Assembly (NCBI GenBank): GCA_963781585.1
Contig: CAWAGQ010000002.1
Location: forward strand, 128,001 to 192,000
DNA: 64,000 bases
DNA from: an uncultured Gemmatimonadaceae bacterium
Lineage (GTDB): Bacteria > Gemmatimonadota > Gemmatimonadetes > Gemmatimonadales > Gemmatimonadaceae
Reading direction: 5' to 3'
Position 1 is the first letter of the stretch. The number at the start of each line of letters is the position of its first letter. Of the stretch, positions 55,305-64,000 are shown piece after piece. The notes beneath the pieces were generated by a model. It saw nothing but the letters and a program-made list of their open reading frames with translations. It was not told the DNA's origin and did not search any database. The position numbers and the translations under genes are program-made.

Positions 55305-56264
55305 TCAGCGTGGCGCGACGGCGCCGGTCGGCGCCGGCGCGGGTTCGTCCTGGAACGCCACGTCGATCTCCAGGCCATCGCGCGCCACGAGGGTGTTGGG
55401 AAAGACCTCGCGCGCCTCCCGTTCCAGGTCGCTCACGTCGCGGGTGTAGCGTGCCGACACGTGGGTGAGCACCAGGCGCTTCACGCCGGCGCGCGCGGCC
55501 ACCTCGGCTGCTTCGCGGGCCGTGGAGTGTCCGGTCTCGACGGCGCGCTCATGTTCCTCGTCGCCAAAGGTCGCTTCGTGGACGAGGAGATCGGCGTCCC
55601 GCGCCATCTCGATCGTGGAGGCCGTGGGCCGCGTGTCGCCGGTGAGTACGACCCGGCGCCCGTAACGGCGTGGGCCCACCAGGACGCCCGGGTCGATCAC
55701 GCGGCCGTCGTCGAGGGTGATCGACTCGCCCCGGTGGATCCGTCCCCAGAGCGGCCCCTCGGGGATACCGAGTTCCCGGGCGAGGTCGGGATTGAAACGC
55801 CCCCGGCGCTCGGCCTCCACCAGGGAGTAGCCCAGGGAGGGAGGCCCGCGGTGGTCCAACTCATGGGCAATGATCACATACTCCTTTCGGGGAATTTCGT
55901 CAGCAGGGTTCAGTTCCCTAACATCGAGTGGGAACGCGAGCCGATCTGCACCGAACAACTCCGCCCGTCGGAGAATGCGTGCGGCGCCTCGCGGACCCCA
56001 GGCCCGCAGGGGTTGGGTGCGTCCCTGGAGCGACATGGTTCGCAGCAAGCCCACGATTCCGAGAAAGTGGTCCGTGTGGAAGTGGGTGAAGAAGACGTCG
56101 TCGAGGTTGAAGGTGATCCCGAAGCGCATCATCTGTCGCTGGGTGCCCTCGCCGCAGTCGAAGAGAAATGTCTCACCTTCGCGCACGAGGGCGACCGAGG
56201 CGACGTTGCGTTCCACGGTGGGGCGTGAAGCGGACGTGCCGAGGAAGCGGAGGGTGAGCGACAT
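55305..56264 (-). CDS. rnz: Ribonuclease Z
   Basis: 'FLGTSASRPT', 'FDCGEGTQRQ', 'THFHTDH', GP exosite 'LGIPEGPLWG', 'LVHEATF', 'GHST', 'LTHVSARY'. Confidence 0.96.
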   Translation of the reverse strand: MSLTLRFLGTSASRPTVERNVASVALVREGETFLFDCGEGTQRQMMRFGITFNLDDVFFTHFHTDHFLGIVGLLRTMSLQGRTQPLRAWGPRGAARILRRAELFGADRLAFPLDVRELNPADEIPRKEYVIIAHELDHRGPPSLGYSLVEAERRGRFNPDLARELGIPEGPLWGRIHRGESITLDDGRVIDPGVLVGPRRYGRRVVLTGDTRPTASTIEMARDADLLVHEATFGDEEHERAVETGHSTAREAAEVAARAGVKRLVLTHVSARYTRDVSDLEREAREVFPNTLVARDGLEIDVAFQDEPAPAPTGAVAPR

Positions 56265-56482
56265 GGGGCGGAATATAGCGGCACCGGATGGGAGGCCGGG
56301 TCGTTACCGAACGTGATCGCTTTCGAGCGTCAGGTGTGATCCATCTCGCAGACGTTATGACCGGTGCGGGTGAAGTTGCGGGGCAAGCACTCATCAGGCT
56401 GTTCGATCCACGTGCGCAATTCGGCGCACGGCACGAAGCGGGCGGCGACGTGTTCACCGTATCCATGGCTGTGGGAGGGCTT

Positions 56483-56869
56483 ATGAACGGAAAGAGCAGG
56501 CGAGGATTCGCGTCGATGGATCCATCGCGTCAGCGTGCCATCGCCAGCAGAGGGGGCAAGGCAGCGCATGAGAAGGGAACCGCGCATGAGTGGTCGTCGG
56601 ACGAGGCGCGGAACGCGGGGCGGAAGGGAGGTGAGGTGGTGAGCCGGGACCGCGTACACATGGCCGCTATCGGCCGTGAAGGCGGCGAGGCGCGGGGCCG
56701 TTCCCGTGCCCGGCAGCTCATCGCTGCCAGCAGCAATCTCGATCGGATCGGCCGGTATGCCGATCGCGAGACGCCGGTTGCAACGAGTCGCGAAATGGGC
56801 CCGGCCTCGTCGGAACGGGAGCGCCAGGTTCCTCGGAGTGAGCCTATCCGCTATGACCTGGAGCGGTAG
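56483..56869 (+). CDS. KGG-repeat stress-induced protein
   Basis: 'RGFASMDPSRQRAIASRGGKAAH', 'EARNAGRKGG', 'MAAIGREGG'. GGAGG RBS. Confidence 0.88.
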   Translation: MNGKSRRGFASMDPSRQRAIASRGGKAAHEKGTAHEWSSDEARNAGRKGGEVVSRDRVHMAAIGREGGEARGRSRARQLIAASSNLDRIGRYADRETPVATSREMGPASSERERQVPRSEPIRYDLER

Positions 56870-57104
56870 GTAGCCGGAGAAGTCGGTTCACCGGGCGGTG
56901 TCTCGAGCGCGCCATCCCCTGCAGTCGGGGAGCGTTCGGGACATCGCCACAGTACGCCCCGTGCTGTTCATGGCCGCCTGTGTCGATGGCGATGCGTCAG
57001 GCGCCAGCCGATCGTGACAGGTCCGTATCCAACGTGTTGGCCCGTCGTGATGTTGCGGCGCGAACCTCAAGTCGTCCTGCAATTCGAAGTGGACGCAGTC
57101 CGGG

Positions 57105-57132
57105 TTGACTTCTGGGCCCTGGCGAATAGGTT
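57105..57132 (+). promoter_or_regulatory. Putative sigma70 promoter for tRNA-Ala
   Basis: TTGACT-N16-TAGGTT about 90 bp upstream of the tRNA. Confidence 0.45.
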
Positions 57133-57222
57133 ACGGGCCAGTGCCGGCCCCGCCCCGAGCGGGGCCGAGTCGTTCACCCGGAGTGCGACCGGAGGAACAA
57201 AGTGGCGCGCTCCCGGTACGTG

Positions 57223-57295
57223 GGGGCTGTAGCTCAGCTGGGAGAGCGCTGCAATCGCACTGCAGAGGTCAGGGGTTCGACTCCCCTCAGCTCCA
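57223..57295 (+). tRNA. tRNA-Ala(CGC), CCA not encoded
   Basis: GGGGCTG/CAGCTCC acceptor stem with G3:U70, anticodon arm CTGCA-ATCGCAC-TGCAG, T-loop GGTTCGA. Confidence 0.96.
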
Positions 57296-57304
57296 TACTT
57301 AGAG

Positions 57305-57343
57305 CAGGTCAAAGGCCAGAAGTCAAAGGCCAGAGGTCATAGG
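57305..57343. repeat. Heptamer array directly after tRNA-Ala
   Basis: ggtcaaa ggccaga agtcaaa ggccaga ggtcata. Confidence 0.8.
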
Positions 57344-57443
57344 GCATTCAGGACTGCCTCAGGGTGTTAGCCCGCCGCCGACCGGTAGGACGTAGAGTTC
57401 CAATGGCGGCGTGCGTGGCGAACCCTGGGGAACTGCAGGAGAG

Positions 57444-57480
57444 GCGCTGCTGATCGGGTGATCGGCGGCGTTTTTTGTTT
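57444..57480 (+). terminator. Rho-independent terminator
   Basis: GCGCTGCTGATC-GGGT-GATCGGCGGCGT followed by TTTTTGTTT. Confidence 0.75.
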
Positions 57481-57485
57481 GTGCC

Positions 57486-58772
57486 CTATTGCCGCCCCAC
57501 ATCCGCCCGTAGCGCCGCGAAGAGCCGCGCCAGGTAGCTGTTCTCCTCCGCTTCCACGCGCCCGCTGAAGTCACTGAACGCCGACGCGCCCAGGCGACCG
57601 ATCCAGCGCATGATTGCGCTCTCGTTCACGACCAGGTGGAGCGCGCGGAAGCTGAGGGTCTGCGGCGGGATGTCGTCGCGGACGCCCAGCCGGAGCTCGA
57701 TGCCGCGGCCCTGGAACGGGCGGCGGAGCGGCGAGTGAATGAGCTTGTCCACGGCCAGCGGGAAGTGCCACGCCGGTTCGCGTCGGAACCGGAACATCCA
57801 CGCGCGCAGGTGCTCGCCGCGCTCGATGGTGAAGTCGGCCACGAGGTCGGTGTAGCCGATGCGGTAGAAGCTGTGCTTGAGCGAGATGTCGCTCTCGAGG
57901 AGGAGTGAATCGGGCAGCGGGCGGGCGGGATCATCGAGGGCGACGAGGGTCCCGGCGCGGGCGCGGAGCCGGACGACGGCGTGGCCGTTGCGGCCAGTCA
58001 GGTCGAAGTAGCGCGCCCCTGCGTGATCGGTGACGGTGAACCGGTAGACGGTCGGGACGGCGTATTTGTCGAGGTACGCGGCGAAGGCCGGGAGGGAGGT
58101 GCGGATACTGTCGGGACGGATCGCGATGCCTAACGTGAGCGCGGTGGAGCCGTCGGTGGCCACGACGGTGCGCAGCGAGTCGATGGCGAAGAGGCGTGAC
58201 AGGTAGCGCGCGGTACTGGGGAATGCGGCCACGGCGCCAGCCCGCGCCTGGTCACTGGACATGCCCGCGGCGCCGGTGAAGGTGGCGGCGATGGCCGCCG
58301 CGATGGCGCCGGCGGTCGCGTGGCCGATGGCATGATCGATCGTGGTGTTCCACTCGTAATCGTTGTGCCCCAGCGATCGAAGCTGGAGGAAGTGCCGCTG
58401 CTCACCGAGCTCCGATGGGTAGGGGGCGTTGGTGCCATTGGAGAACCGGTACCGGCCATTGTCGCGCGTGCCACGCAGGTACATCGCGCGCGAGCTGTCG
58501 GCGGTGGAGACGATCGGCCAGATGGCGGTGTCGGAGTAGAGGTGCGAGGGGATGAGCGCCTCGCGCGCCATCTCGATTCGGGCGCTATCGAAATGCGGTT
58601 CGCGCTCGGCGTCGGTGAAGCGGTACTGAAATGCGGCGAATGTGTCGCCCGCGTTCGTGCGCGCGGACTCGGGGGTCGAGCCGAACGCGTCGATGGTGGC
58701 GCGGCAGGCGGATGAGGCCGCGACTGCGGCGAGGAAGGCGAGGTGGAGAGAAAGGGCGGGCCTGCGGCGCAA
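57486..58772 (-). CDS. Hypothetical lipoprotein
   Basis: Long ORF with coding-like composition. TTG start gives a lipobox-like signal 'AASSAC'. Confidence 0.65.
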   Translation of the reverse strand: MRRRPALSLHLAFLAAVAASSACRATIDAFGSTPESARTNAGDTFAAFQYRFTDAEREPHFDSARIEMAREALIPSHLYSDTAIWPIVSTADSSRAMYLRGTRDNGRYRFSNGTNAPYPSELGEQRHFLQLRSLGHNDYEWNTTIDHAIGHATAGAIAAAIAATFTGAAGMSSDQARAGAVAAFPSTARYLSRLFAIDSLRTVVATDGSTALTLGIAIRPDSIRTSLPAFAAYLDKYAVPTVYRFTVTDHAGARYFDLTGRNGHAVVRLRARAGTLVALDDPARPLPDSLLLESDISLKHSFYRIGYTDLVADFTIERGEHLRAWMFRFRREPAWHFPLAVDKLIHSPLRRPFQGRGIELRLGVRDDIPPQTLSFRALHLVVNESAIMRWIGRLGASAFSDFSGRVEAEENSYLARLFAALRADVGRQ

Positions 58773-58891
58773 AGTGCCGGGGAATAGAGGGTTAGGCCGG
58801 GTCTCGAGGGGTTGCCGGGGTAGTCCGGAGGCGGGTATCTTAGCAACCCGGCCGATGCGGATGATAGTTTGTCGGGCGGCAGGGAAGTCAT

Positions 58892-58964
58892 TGCCCCTTG
58901 GTGTAACTGGCAACACGCCTGACTCTGGATCAGGAGAGTCCTGGTTCGATCCCAGGAGGGGCAA
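58892..58964 (+). tRNA. tRNA-Gln(CTG), CCA not encoded
   Basis: TGCCCCT/AGGGGCA acceptor stem, anticodon arm CCTGA-CTCTGGA-TCAGG, GGTTCGAT T-loop. Confidence 0.96.
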
Positions 58965-58968
58965 TATC

Positions 58969-58998
58969 GAGCGGCGGGTCCAAGAGACCCGCCGCTTC
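58969..58998. terminator. GC-rich hairpin after tRNA-Gln
   Basis: GCGGCGGGTC-CAAGA-GACCCGCCGC. Confidence 0.6.
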
Positions 58999-59064
58999 CG
59001 CTCCTGCCCCTTGGGCTCGGAGGCTCGCTGGCGCTGCGCCACGACCCAGGAGGGGCAATAGATC

Positions 59065-59520
59065 TCATTCACCCAATGTCGGAAGCTCCTTGCGGCCGGC
59101 GGCCTCTCTCGCGCGCTGGCGGGCATCCGCGGCGTCAAAAGTACGCCAGAGATTGTACACCCAGAACATGGCGCCAAGCGCGAACAGGGATCCGCCCGCC
59201 ACCGTGACCCATCGCCCGGAGGTTGCACTGGTTGGCGACATCAGAAACCCGACCGCGAGACCGGCCAATCCGACATTGGCGCAGAACAGGTGTGCGATCG
59301 CGAGGGGCGCACTGTGCAGCGGATGCCCGAACAGCCTGGGGAGCAGCTGATAGCCGACGCCGAACACCAGCATGGTGAGAAACCCCACCACGTTCATGTG
59401 CGCGTGGGCGGCCCGGTAGATGATCCATTGCGGATGCACGGCCATCGCCACCCCCAGCACGATCCCGGCCGCGAACCACAGCAGCGAAGATCGGATAAAC
59501 GCCTTGATGAACCATTCCAT
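59065..59520 (-). CDS. Small membrane protein resembling part of a heme-copper oxidase (cbb3 subunit I-like) domain
   Basis: 'YRAAHAHMNVVGFLTMLVFGVGYQLLPR', four TM segments. Confidence 0.7.
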   Translation of the reverse strand: MEWFIKAFIRSSLLWFAAGIVLGVAMAVHPQWIIYRAAHAHMNVVGFLTMLVFGVGYQLLPRLFGHPLHSAPLAIAHLFCANVGLAGLAVGFLMSPTSATSGRWVTVAGGSLFALGAMFWVYNLWRTFDAADARQRAREAAGRKELPTLGE

Positions 59521-59782
59521 CCATGTGGACCCGGCTCAGGGTACGGGGGCGAGTCAGCGTACGGTCCTGAATCGCACTGCCTAACGGCCAGCAGCGAGCG
59601 ACGGCGCGTCACCCCGGCGCGTCCGGCAGGCGCGTGGCCGCGACCCGGCTCGCATCAGGGAGTGACAGCACGGTCGCCGACGCGATGCCTGTAGAGTACT
59701 GGCCGGCCCGGTTCCGAGGGAGCGCCAGGAAAGATGATACCGCCTTCATCCCGGGCACGCGAAACGGCGCGCCCGACTTCCA

Positions 59783-60472
59783 CTAGACCACCGCGCCAAA
59801 CAGGCGCCCGATCAACGCGGTGCATCCCATCGCCAGTGCGCCCCACAGCGCGACGCGTAGCGCGCCTTTGACCGGCGGCGCGCCACCCATTCTCGCGGCG
59901 GCGGCGCCGAGCACGACGAGAAGGGCCAGTGAGCTGCCTGTGATGCCGCGGCTCAGCCATTCCCGCGGCAGAATGGCGGCCAGCAGCGCGGGCGGCGCGG
60001 CGCCAACCGCGAATGCCGCTGCAGACGCCAAGGCCGCCTGGACCGGCCGCGCGCGCGTTCGCTCGTGCATGCCGAGTTCGTCGCGCAGGTGAGCGCCCAG
60101 CGCATCGTGCGCCATGAGTTCGTCCGCCACCTGCCGGGCCAGTTCCGGCCTCAGGCCACGGTCCACGTAGATCCCCGCGAGCTCCGCGCGCTCCTTGGCT
60201 GGCGAAGCCTCCAGCTCGCGTTGCTCGCGCGCACGATCGGCTCGCTCGGTGTCAGATTGTGAACTCACGGAGACATACTCGCCCGCAGCCATCGAAAGGG
60301 CCCCAGCCACCAAGCCGGCCATTGCCGTGATCAGTATGGCGGAACGCCCGCTCACTGCCGCGGCCACGCCCACGACGAGGCTGCTTGTGGAGATCAGCCC
60401 GTCGTTGGCTCCGAGCACCGCCGCTCGGAGCCAGCCGATGTTGTCCGTGCGGTGGGACTCCGCTTGAGGCAT
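59783..60472 (-). CDS. VIT1/CCC1 family Fe/Mn transporter
   Basis: 'WLRAAVLGANDGL', 'SMAAGEYVSVSSQ', 'AHLRDELG'. Confidence 0.95.
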   Translation of the reverse strand: MPQAESHRTDNIGWLRAAVLGANDGLISTSSLVVGVAAAVSGRSAILITAMAGLVAGALSMAAGEYVSVSSQSDTERADRAREQRELEASPAKERAELAGIYVDRGLRPELARQVADELMAHDALGAHLRDELGMHERTRARPVQAALASAAAFAVGAAPPALLAAILPREWLSRGITGSSLALLVVLGAAAARMGGAPPVKGALRVALWGALAMGCTALIGRLFGAVV

Positions 60473-60593
60473 TCAGTGCACCCAGGTTCGTTTCCGGCAG
60501 GCGGATATACTGTCATTCGGCGTCGCGCTCAAGGGGCGAGGTCCACGCTGCAGCAGCACCCTTGACTCGGACGCCTCGCGGCTATTGCCAGCC

Positions 60594-61376
60594 TCAGCGA
60601 ATCAGTACGCGCGCGCCCACCGGGACGTGCTCAAAGAGCCAGACGAGATCGTCCTCGCCCAGGCGAATGCAGCCGTGCGTGCTTGCCCGCCCGATGCTCA
60701 TTTCGTTCGACGTGCCGTGAATCATGTACCCCTCGCCGAGATCGAGCGCGAAGCGTCCGAGGTCTCCGGCGATCTGGCGATTCACCGTCCCCATCGGCGG
60801 GATGAACAGCGTGCCATCGAAGACGATGTGTTCATCCACGGGGAGCTCCGCGAAGTCCTGGCCCGGGAAAACGATCCCGACCGCGTTGCGTCGTATCACG
60901 AGCCGAGCGCCGCCGCGCAGGGTCGTTCCGCGTGCGCCGAGCCGGGCGAGCCGCAGTCCATGGTTCCGTGCCGTCTCGGCGTAGTGCCAGTCAGGAGGCG
61001 TCCACACGGGGTCAGTAACCTTCCGCAACACCCGCCGCTCGCCACGCGGCGTGCGGAACTCCCACCGGTGTCCGGCATAGACGAATGCAAATCCACTGGC
61101 CACTCCGACCGGCGCTCGGAAAACGGTATCCTCCCCCTGGAGCACCGACAACGTCCGGTCGGCCAGTGAAACGATCAGCCGCATCGACGCCGCGCTGCTG
61201 GTGTCGCGGAGGCGCAATCTCCCACCGAGGCGAGGATTCAGGGTGTGCGAATCGACGGGAACGGCCGTGGCCGGCAGGCGCTCCGGCTGCTGCGCCCGCA
61301 CGCCGGCGGGACGCGCCAACAGGCCGGAGACCAGTACGCCGGCCACGACCAGGATGCCAGGACGAATCATCGGCAT
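60594..61376 (-). CDS. L,D-transpeptidase family protein
   Basis: 'DPVWTPP', 'YMIHGT...SIGRASTHGCIRL'. Confidence 0.92.
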   Translation of the reverse strand: MPMIRPGILVVAGVLVSGLLARPAGVRAQQPERLPATAVPVDSHTLNPRLGGRLRLRDTSSAASMRLIVSLADRTLSVLQGEDTVFRAPVGVASGFAFVYAGHRWEFRTPRGERRVLRKVTDPVWTPPDWHYAETARNHGLRLARLGARGTTLRGGARLVIRRNAVGIVFPGQDFAELPVDEHIVFDGTLFIPPMGTVNRQIAGDLGRFALDLGEGYMIHGTSNEMSIGRASTHGCIRLGEDDLVWLFEHVPVGARVLIR

Positions 61377-61797
61377 TCGCCGCCCGGAACATCAGCGTCT
61401 TCGCCGCGCGCCCCTGACTTCCTCGTGATCGGGCCCCCAACGCGACGAAGACGATCTGATGCCTAACGTGAATGAGCAACTGCTACCGCAGCGTGATGCC
61501 CGCGATCAATGGAACCCAACGAAGATCGCGGCTGCCGTTCGACGCGTCCACCAGGCTCTTCTCGGCGAACACGTTCGTGACCGCCGAAACGCGCTCCCCT
61601 TCCGATTCTCATCCGGGCCTGATCAGTGAGCTGGACGAGGTCTTCGGCTGGCGGGCCGCCACGCGGGCGGCGCATGCGCCGCGACACCGCATTCGACTAG
61701 CTTGCACATCGTGGTCGAGCGACGCCGCCGGCCGCACGATCCGGGTGCCAGGCACCGGACCGTGACGGTGGCGACCAGCATTCAACCGGAGCCTGCA

Positions 61798-62736
61798 ATG
61801 ACCGGTACCGTCCGCATCCTCGTGCTCCTCGGCATTGTCGTCGGATTCGCTGGTCCACTTCCACTGCGCGCGCAGACACCGTACCCCACGCGGTGCGGGG
61901 CGGGAATTCCGCGCAGCGAGCAGTCGGGCTACGTCCCGCTTCCTCGAGGCGACGTCTTCTGTCCGCTCGTCGCCGATCCCAAGGCATCGACCTCGTTCGC
62001 GAGCTATCTGCACGAACACTCCGATGCGACCACGCCCGACACCTCGATCAACATCGCGTCGGTGGGCATCGGCGATTCGTTCGGACTCGGCCGCTGGAAC
62101 GGCGCCCATCCCGGCGACGGCGTGCAGATTGCGCTGTCGGGCAGCGTCTTCGCGCAGTTCGACCTCAAGAGCGCATCGTACGACCTGCTCAACGCCGATT
62201 ACGTGATCGGGATTCCGGTGACGATCCGGCGCGGCTGGTTTTCGACGCGCATTCGCGTCTATCACCAGAGCTCGCATCTTGGCGACGAATACCTCCTGCG
62301 CGAACCGGCAGATCGACAGGATCGGGTGAATCTCTCCTTCGAGTCGCTGGAATGGATCCTGTCGGCTGATGCCGCGGCGCTGCGGCTGTACGGTGGAGGC
62401 GAGTACCTGTTCCGCCGGTTCCCCAAGGATCTGGAATCCTACGTGGCCCACGGCGGCGCGGAACTGCGGCCGCAATTCCGCATCATCCCGCTCGGCTCGT
62501 TAGGCGGATTCCGCCTGGTGGCGGCCACCGACCTCAAGGCGTCGCAGGAACACGACTGGAAACCGAGCGTGAGCGCGCGGGCGGGGCTGGAGTACGATCG
62601 CGCCGGCCGCGTCGATGCGCCGGGGCGGCGGTGGGGCCTGTTCTTCGAGTACTACAGAGGCCCGTCGCCGTACGGGCAGTTCTACCGCACCGACGTCCGG
62701 CACATGGGGTTGGGGATCCACTTCGGACCGACGTGA
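61798..62736 (+). CDS. DUF1207 family exported protein
   Basis: Signal peptide, 'DLLNADY', 'YHQSSHLGDEY', 'YYRGPSPYGQFY'. Confidence 0.85.
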   Translation: MTGTVRILVLLGIVVGFAGPLPLRAQTPYPTRCGAGIPRSEQSGYVPLPRGDVFCPLVADPKASTSFASYLHEHSDATTPDTSINIASVGIGDSFGLGRWNGAHPGDGVQIALSGSVFAQFDLKSASYDLLNADYVIGIPVTIRRGWFSTRIRVYHQSSHLGDEYLLREPADRQDRVNLSFESLEWILSADAAALRLYGGGEYLFRRFPKDLESYVAHGGAELRPQFRIIPLGSLGGFRLVAATDLKASQEHDWKPSVSARAGLEYDRAGRVDAPGRRWGLFFEYYRGPSPYGQFYRTDVRHMGLGIHFGPT

Positions 62737-62847
62737 GCAGGGTTTCGCAACGGTAGTGGGTCTGACCCACTACCCTTTCGCAACGGCCCCCTTGACAGAC
62801 CGGCGGCTCTGCTGAGAAGCTCGCGCCGTCAGCTCAGCGCCTCGAAC

Positions 62848-63441
62848 ATGGACTCGTCCCCCGCGCATTTTCCGAATGCGGCCGCATTCCGCGCCTGGCT
62901 TCGCACGCATCACCGGACGGCCACGCATCTCGTCGTACGGATCGCCCGGAACCACGCCGCACATCAGGGCGTGACGTACGCGCAGGCGCTCGAGGAGGCG
63001 CTCTGCTTTGGATGGATCGACGGGGTACGGCGCAGCCTGGACCGTGACAGCTTTTCCATTCGCTTCAGTCCGCGGAAACCGCGCAGCATCTGGAGCCGGG
63101 TGAACGTGCGACACGCGAAGCGGCTCGTCGCGGCCGGGCGCATGACCGGAGCCGGACTCAAGGCCTTCGAGGCACGCGACGAAGCACGAACCGGCGTGTA
63201 CTCCTTCGAACGGCAGCCAGCCACGCTGGCCCCGATGTATCAGGCGCTGTTCCGCAAGAAGAAGAAGGCCTGGAAGTACTTCCAGGAGGAGGCCCCATGG
63301 TATCGTCGCACCAGCATCCACTGGGTGATGAGCGCCAGGCGCGAAGAGACGCGCGAGAAGCGCCTCGCGACGCTGATGGCGTGCTCCGCGAAAGGCGAGC
63401 GGATCCCACCGCTCCAGCGGACGCCGAAGGGCGGGAGCTGA
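62848..63441 (+). CDS. YdeI/OmpD-associated family protein
   Basis: 'FRAWL..HH', 'EEALCFGWIDG', 'FSPRKPRSIWS..N', 'SARREETREKRL'. Confidence 0.92.
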   Translation: MDSSPAHFPNAAAFRAWLRTHHRTATHLVVRIARNHAAHQGVTYAQALEEALCFGWIDGVRRSLDRDSFSIRFSPRKPRSIWSRVNVRHAKRLVAAGRMTGAGLKAFEARDEARTGVYSFERQPATLAPMYQALFRKKKKAWKYFQEEAPWYRRTSIHWVMSARREETREKRLATLMACSAKGERIPPLQRTPKGGS

Positions 63442-63487
63442 CGACGCACCAACGGCGTGTCGGTTCAGACGAACGTCGCGGCGGGGT

Positions 63488-64000
63488 TCACGGTACGCGT
63501 GTCATCGCGATGTCCCGCCCTCCCTGGTGGAGGACTGCCCCGGAGACGGCGCCGGCGCCGTTTCGCCTGAAGGTGAGCTGGGCGTCGACGACGGTCCAAC
63601 GATACGCGGAATCTGACGTCGCGAAGATCCGAAATCGCTGCTGTCCGGTCATCTGCGCGTAGAGCTTCCCGCCGGCACGAGTGACGCTCAGCCGCACCCC
63701 CGGGGCGACTTCATAAGTACCTGCATACTGCTGCAGCACGGTCGTGTCCTGCGGCAACTCCACTGGAGGAGCCGGTGGGGGCTGAAGGTCATTGCGCTCG
63801 TCGATCAGGTGGAGCCCGAGGTCGTCGATCGATGTGGCTGAGTTGGAGAGGATGACGACGCCCACGTGTCGCGCCGGATCGAACCCGATGAACGAGTGAA
63901 AGCCCGCCGTCTCGCCGTTGTGCCAGACAATGTCGGTCTCGTGCGCGTGGAGAATGTGCCAGGCGAGTCCAATGGTCGTATTGGGCAGCGTTGTCGCGAG
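63488..64000 (-). CDS. Serine hydrolase (class C beta-lactamase-like) with DUF3471 C-terminus, 5' end outside window
   Basis: 'IGLAWHIL...VWHNGETAGFHSFIGFDP...GVVILSN', then 'LQQYAGTYEV...LYAQMTGQ'. Confidence 0.88.
   Translation of the reverse strand, partial: LATTLPNTTIGLAWHILHAHETDIVWHNGETAGFHSFIGFDPARHVGVVILSNSATSIDDLGLHLIDERNDLQPPPAPPVELPQDTTVLQQYAGTYEVAPGVRLSVTRAGGKLYAQMTGQQRFRIFATSDSAYRWTVVDAQLTFRRNGAGAVSGAVLHQGGRDIAMTRVP

Overview
GC-rich (about 70% by eye) bacterial chromosomal segment. Gene content and style suggest a Gemmatimonadota-like organism, but that is inference. It is mostly housekeeping: HrpA-like helicase, ispH, a Moco-maturation cluster (XdhC, MoeA-like, SufU/IscU-MocA fusion), a radical SAM-imuA-imuB-dnaE2 mutagenesis cassette, an ECF sigma/anti-sigma/DUF4097 operon, an N6-adenine MTase plus SNF2 helicase pair, mntH-usp-mntR with a clear DtxR/MntR box, SPFH plus RHH, mgtE, rnz, tRNA-Ala(CGC) and tRNA-Gln(CTG). 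About a dozen single-base frameshifts suggest an unpolished long-read assembly. The most striking unexplained signal is the non-palindromic octamer CGTTAGGC/GCCTAACG. I counted 24 exact copies by hand (12 per strand) in several reading frames, in stop codons, between genes, and once as an inverted pair forming a hairpin between convergent genes, as DNA-uptake sequences do. A dispersed family of heptamer tandem arrays (GGCCANA-like) is concentrated in and around the mutagenesis cassette.
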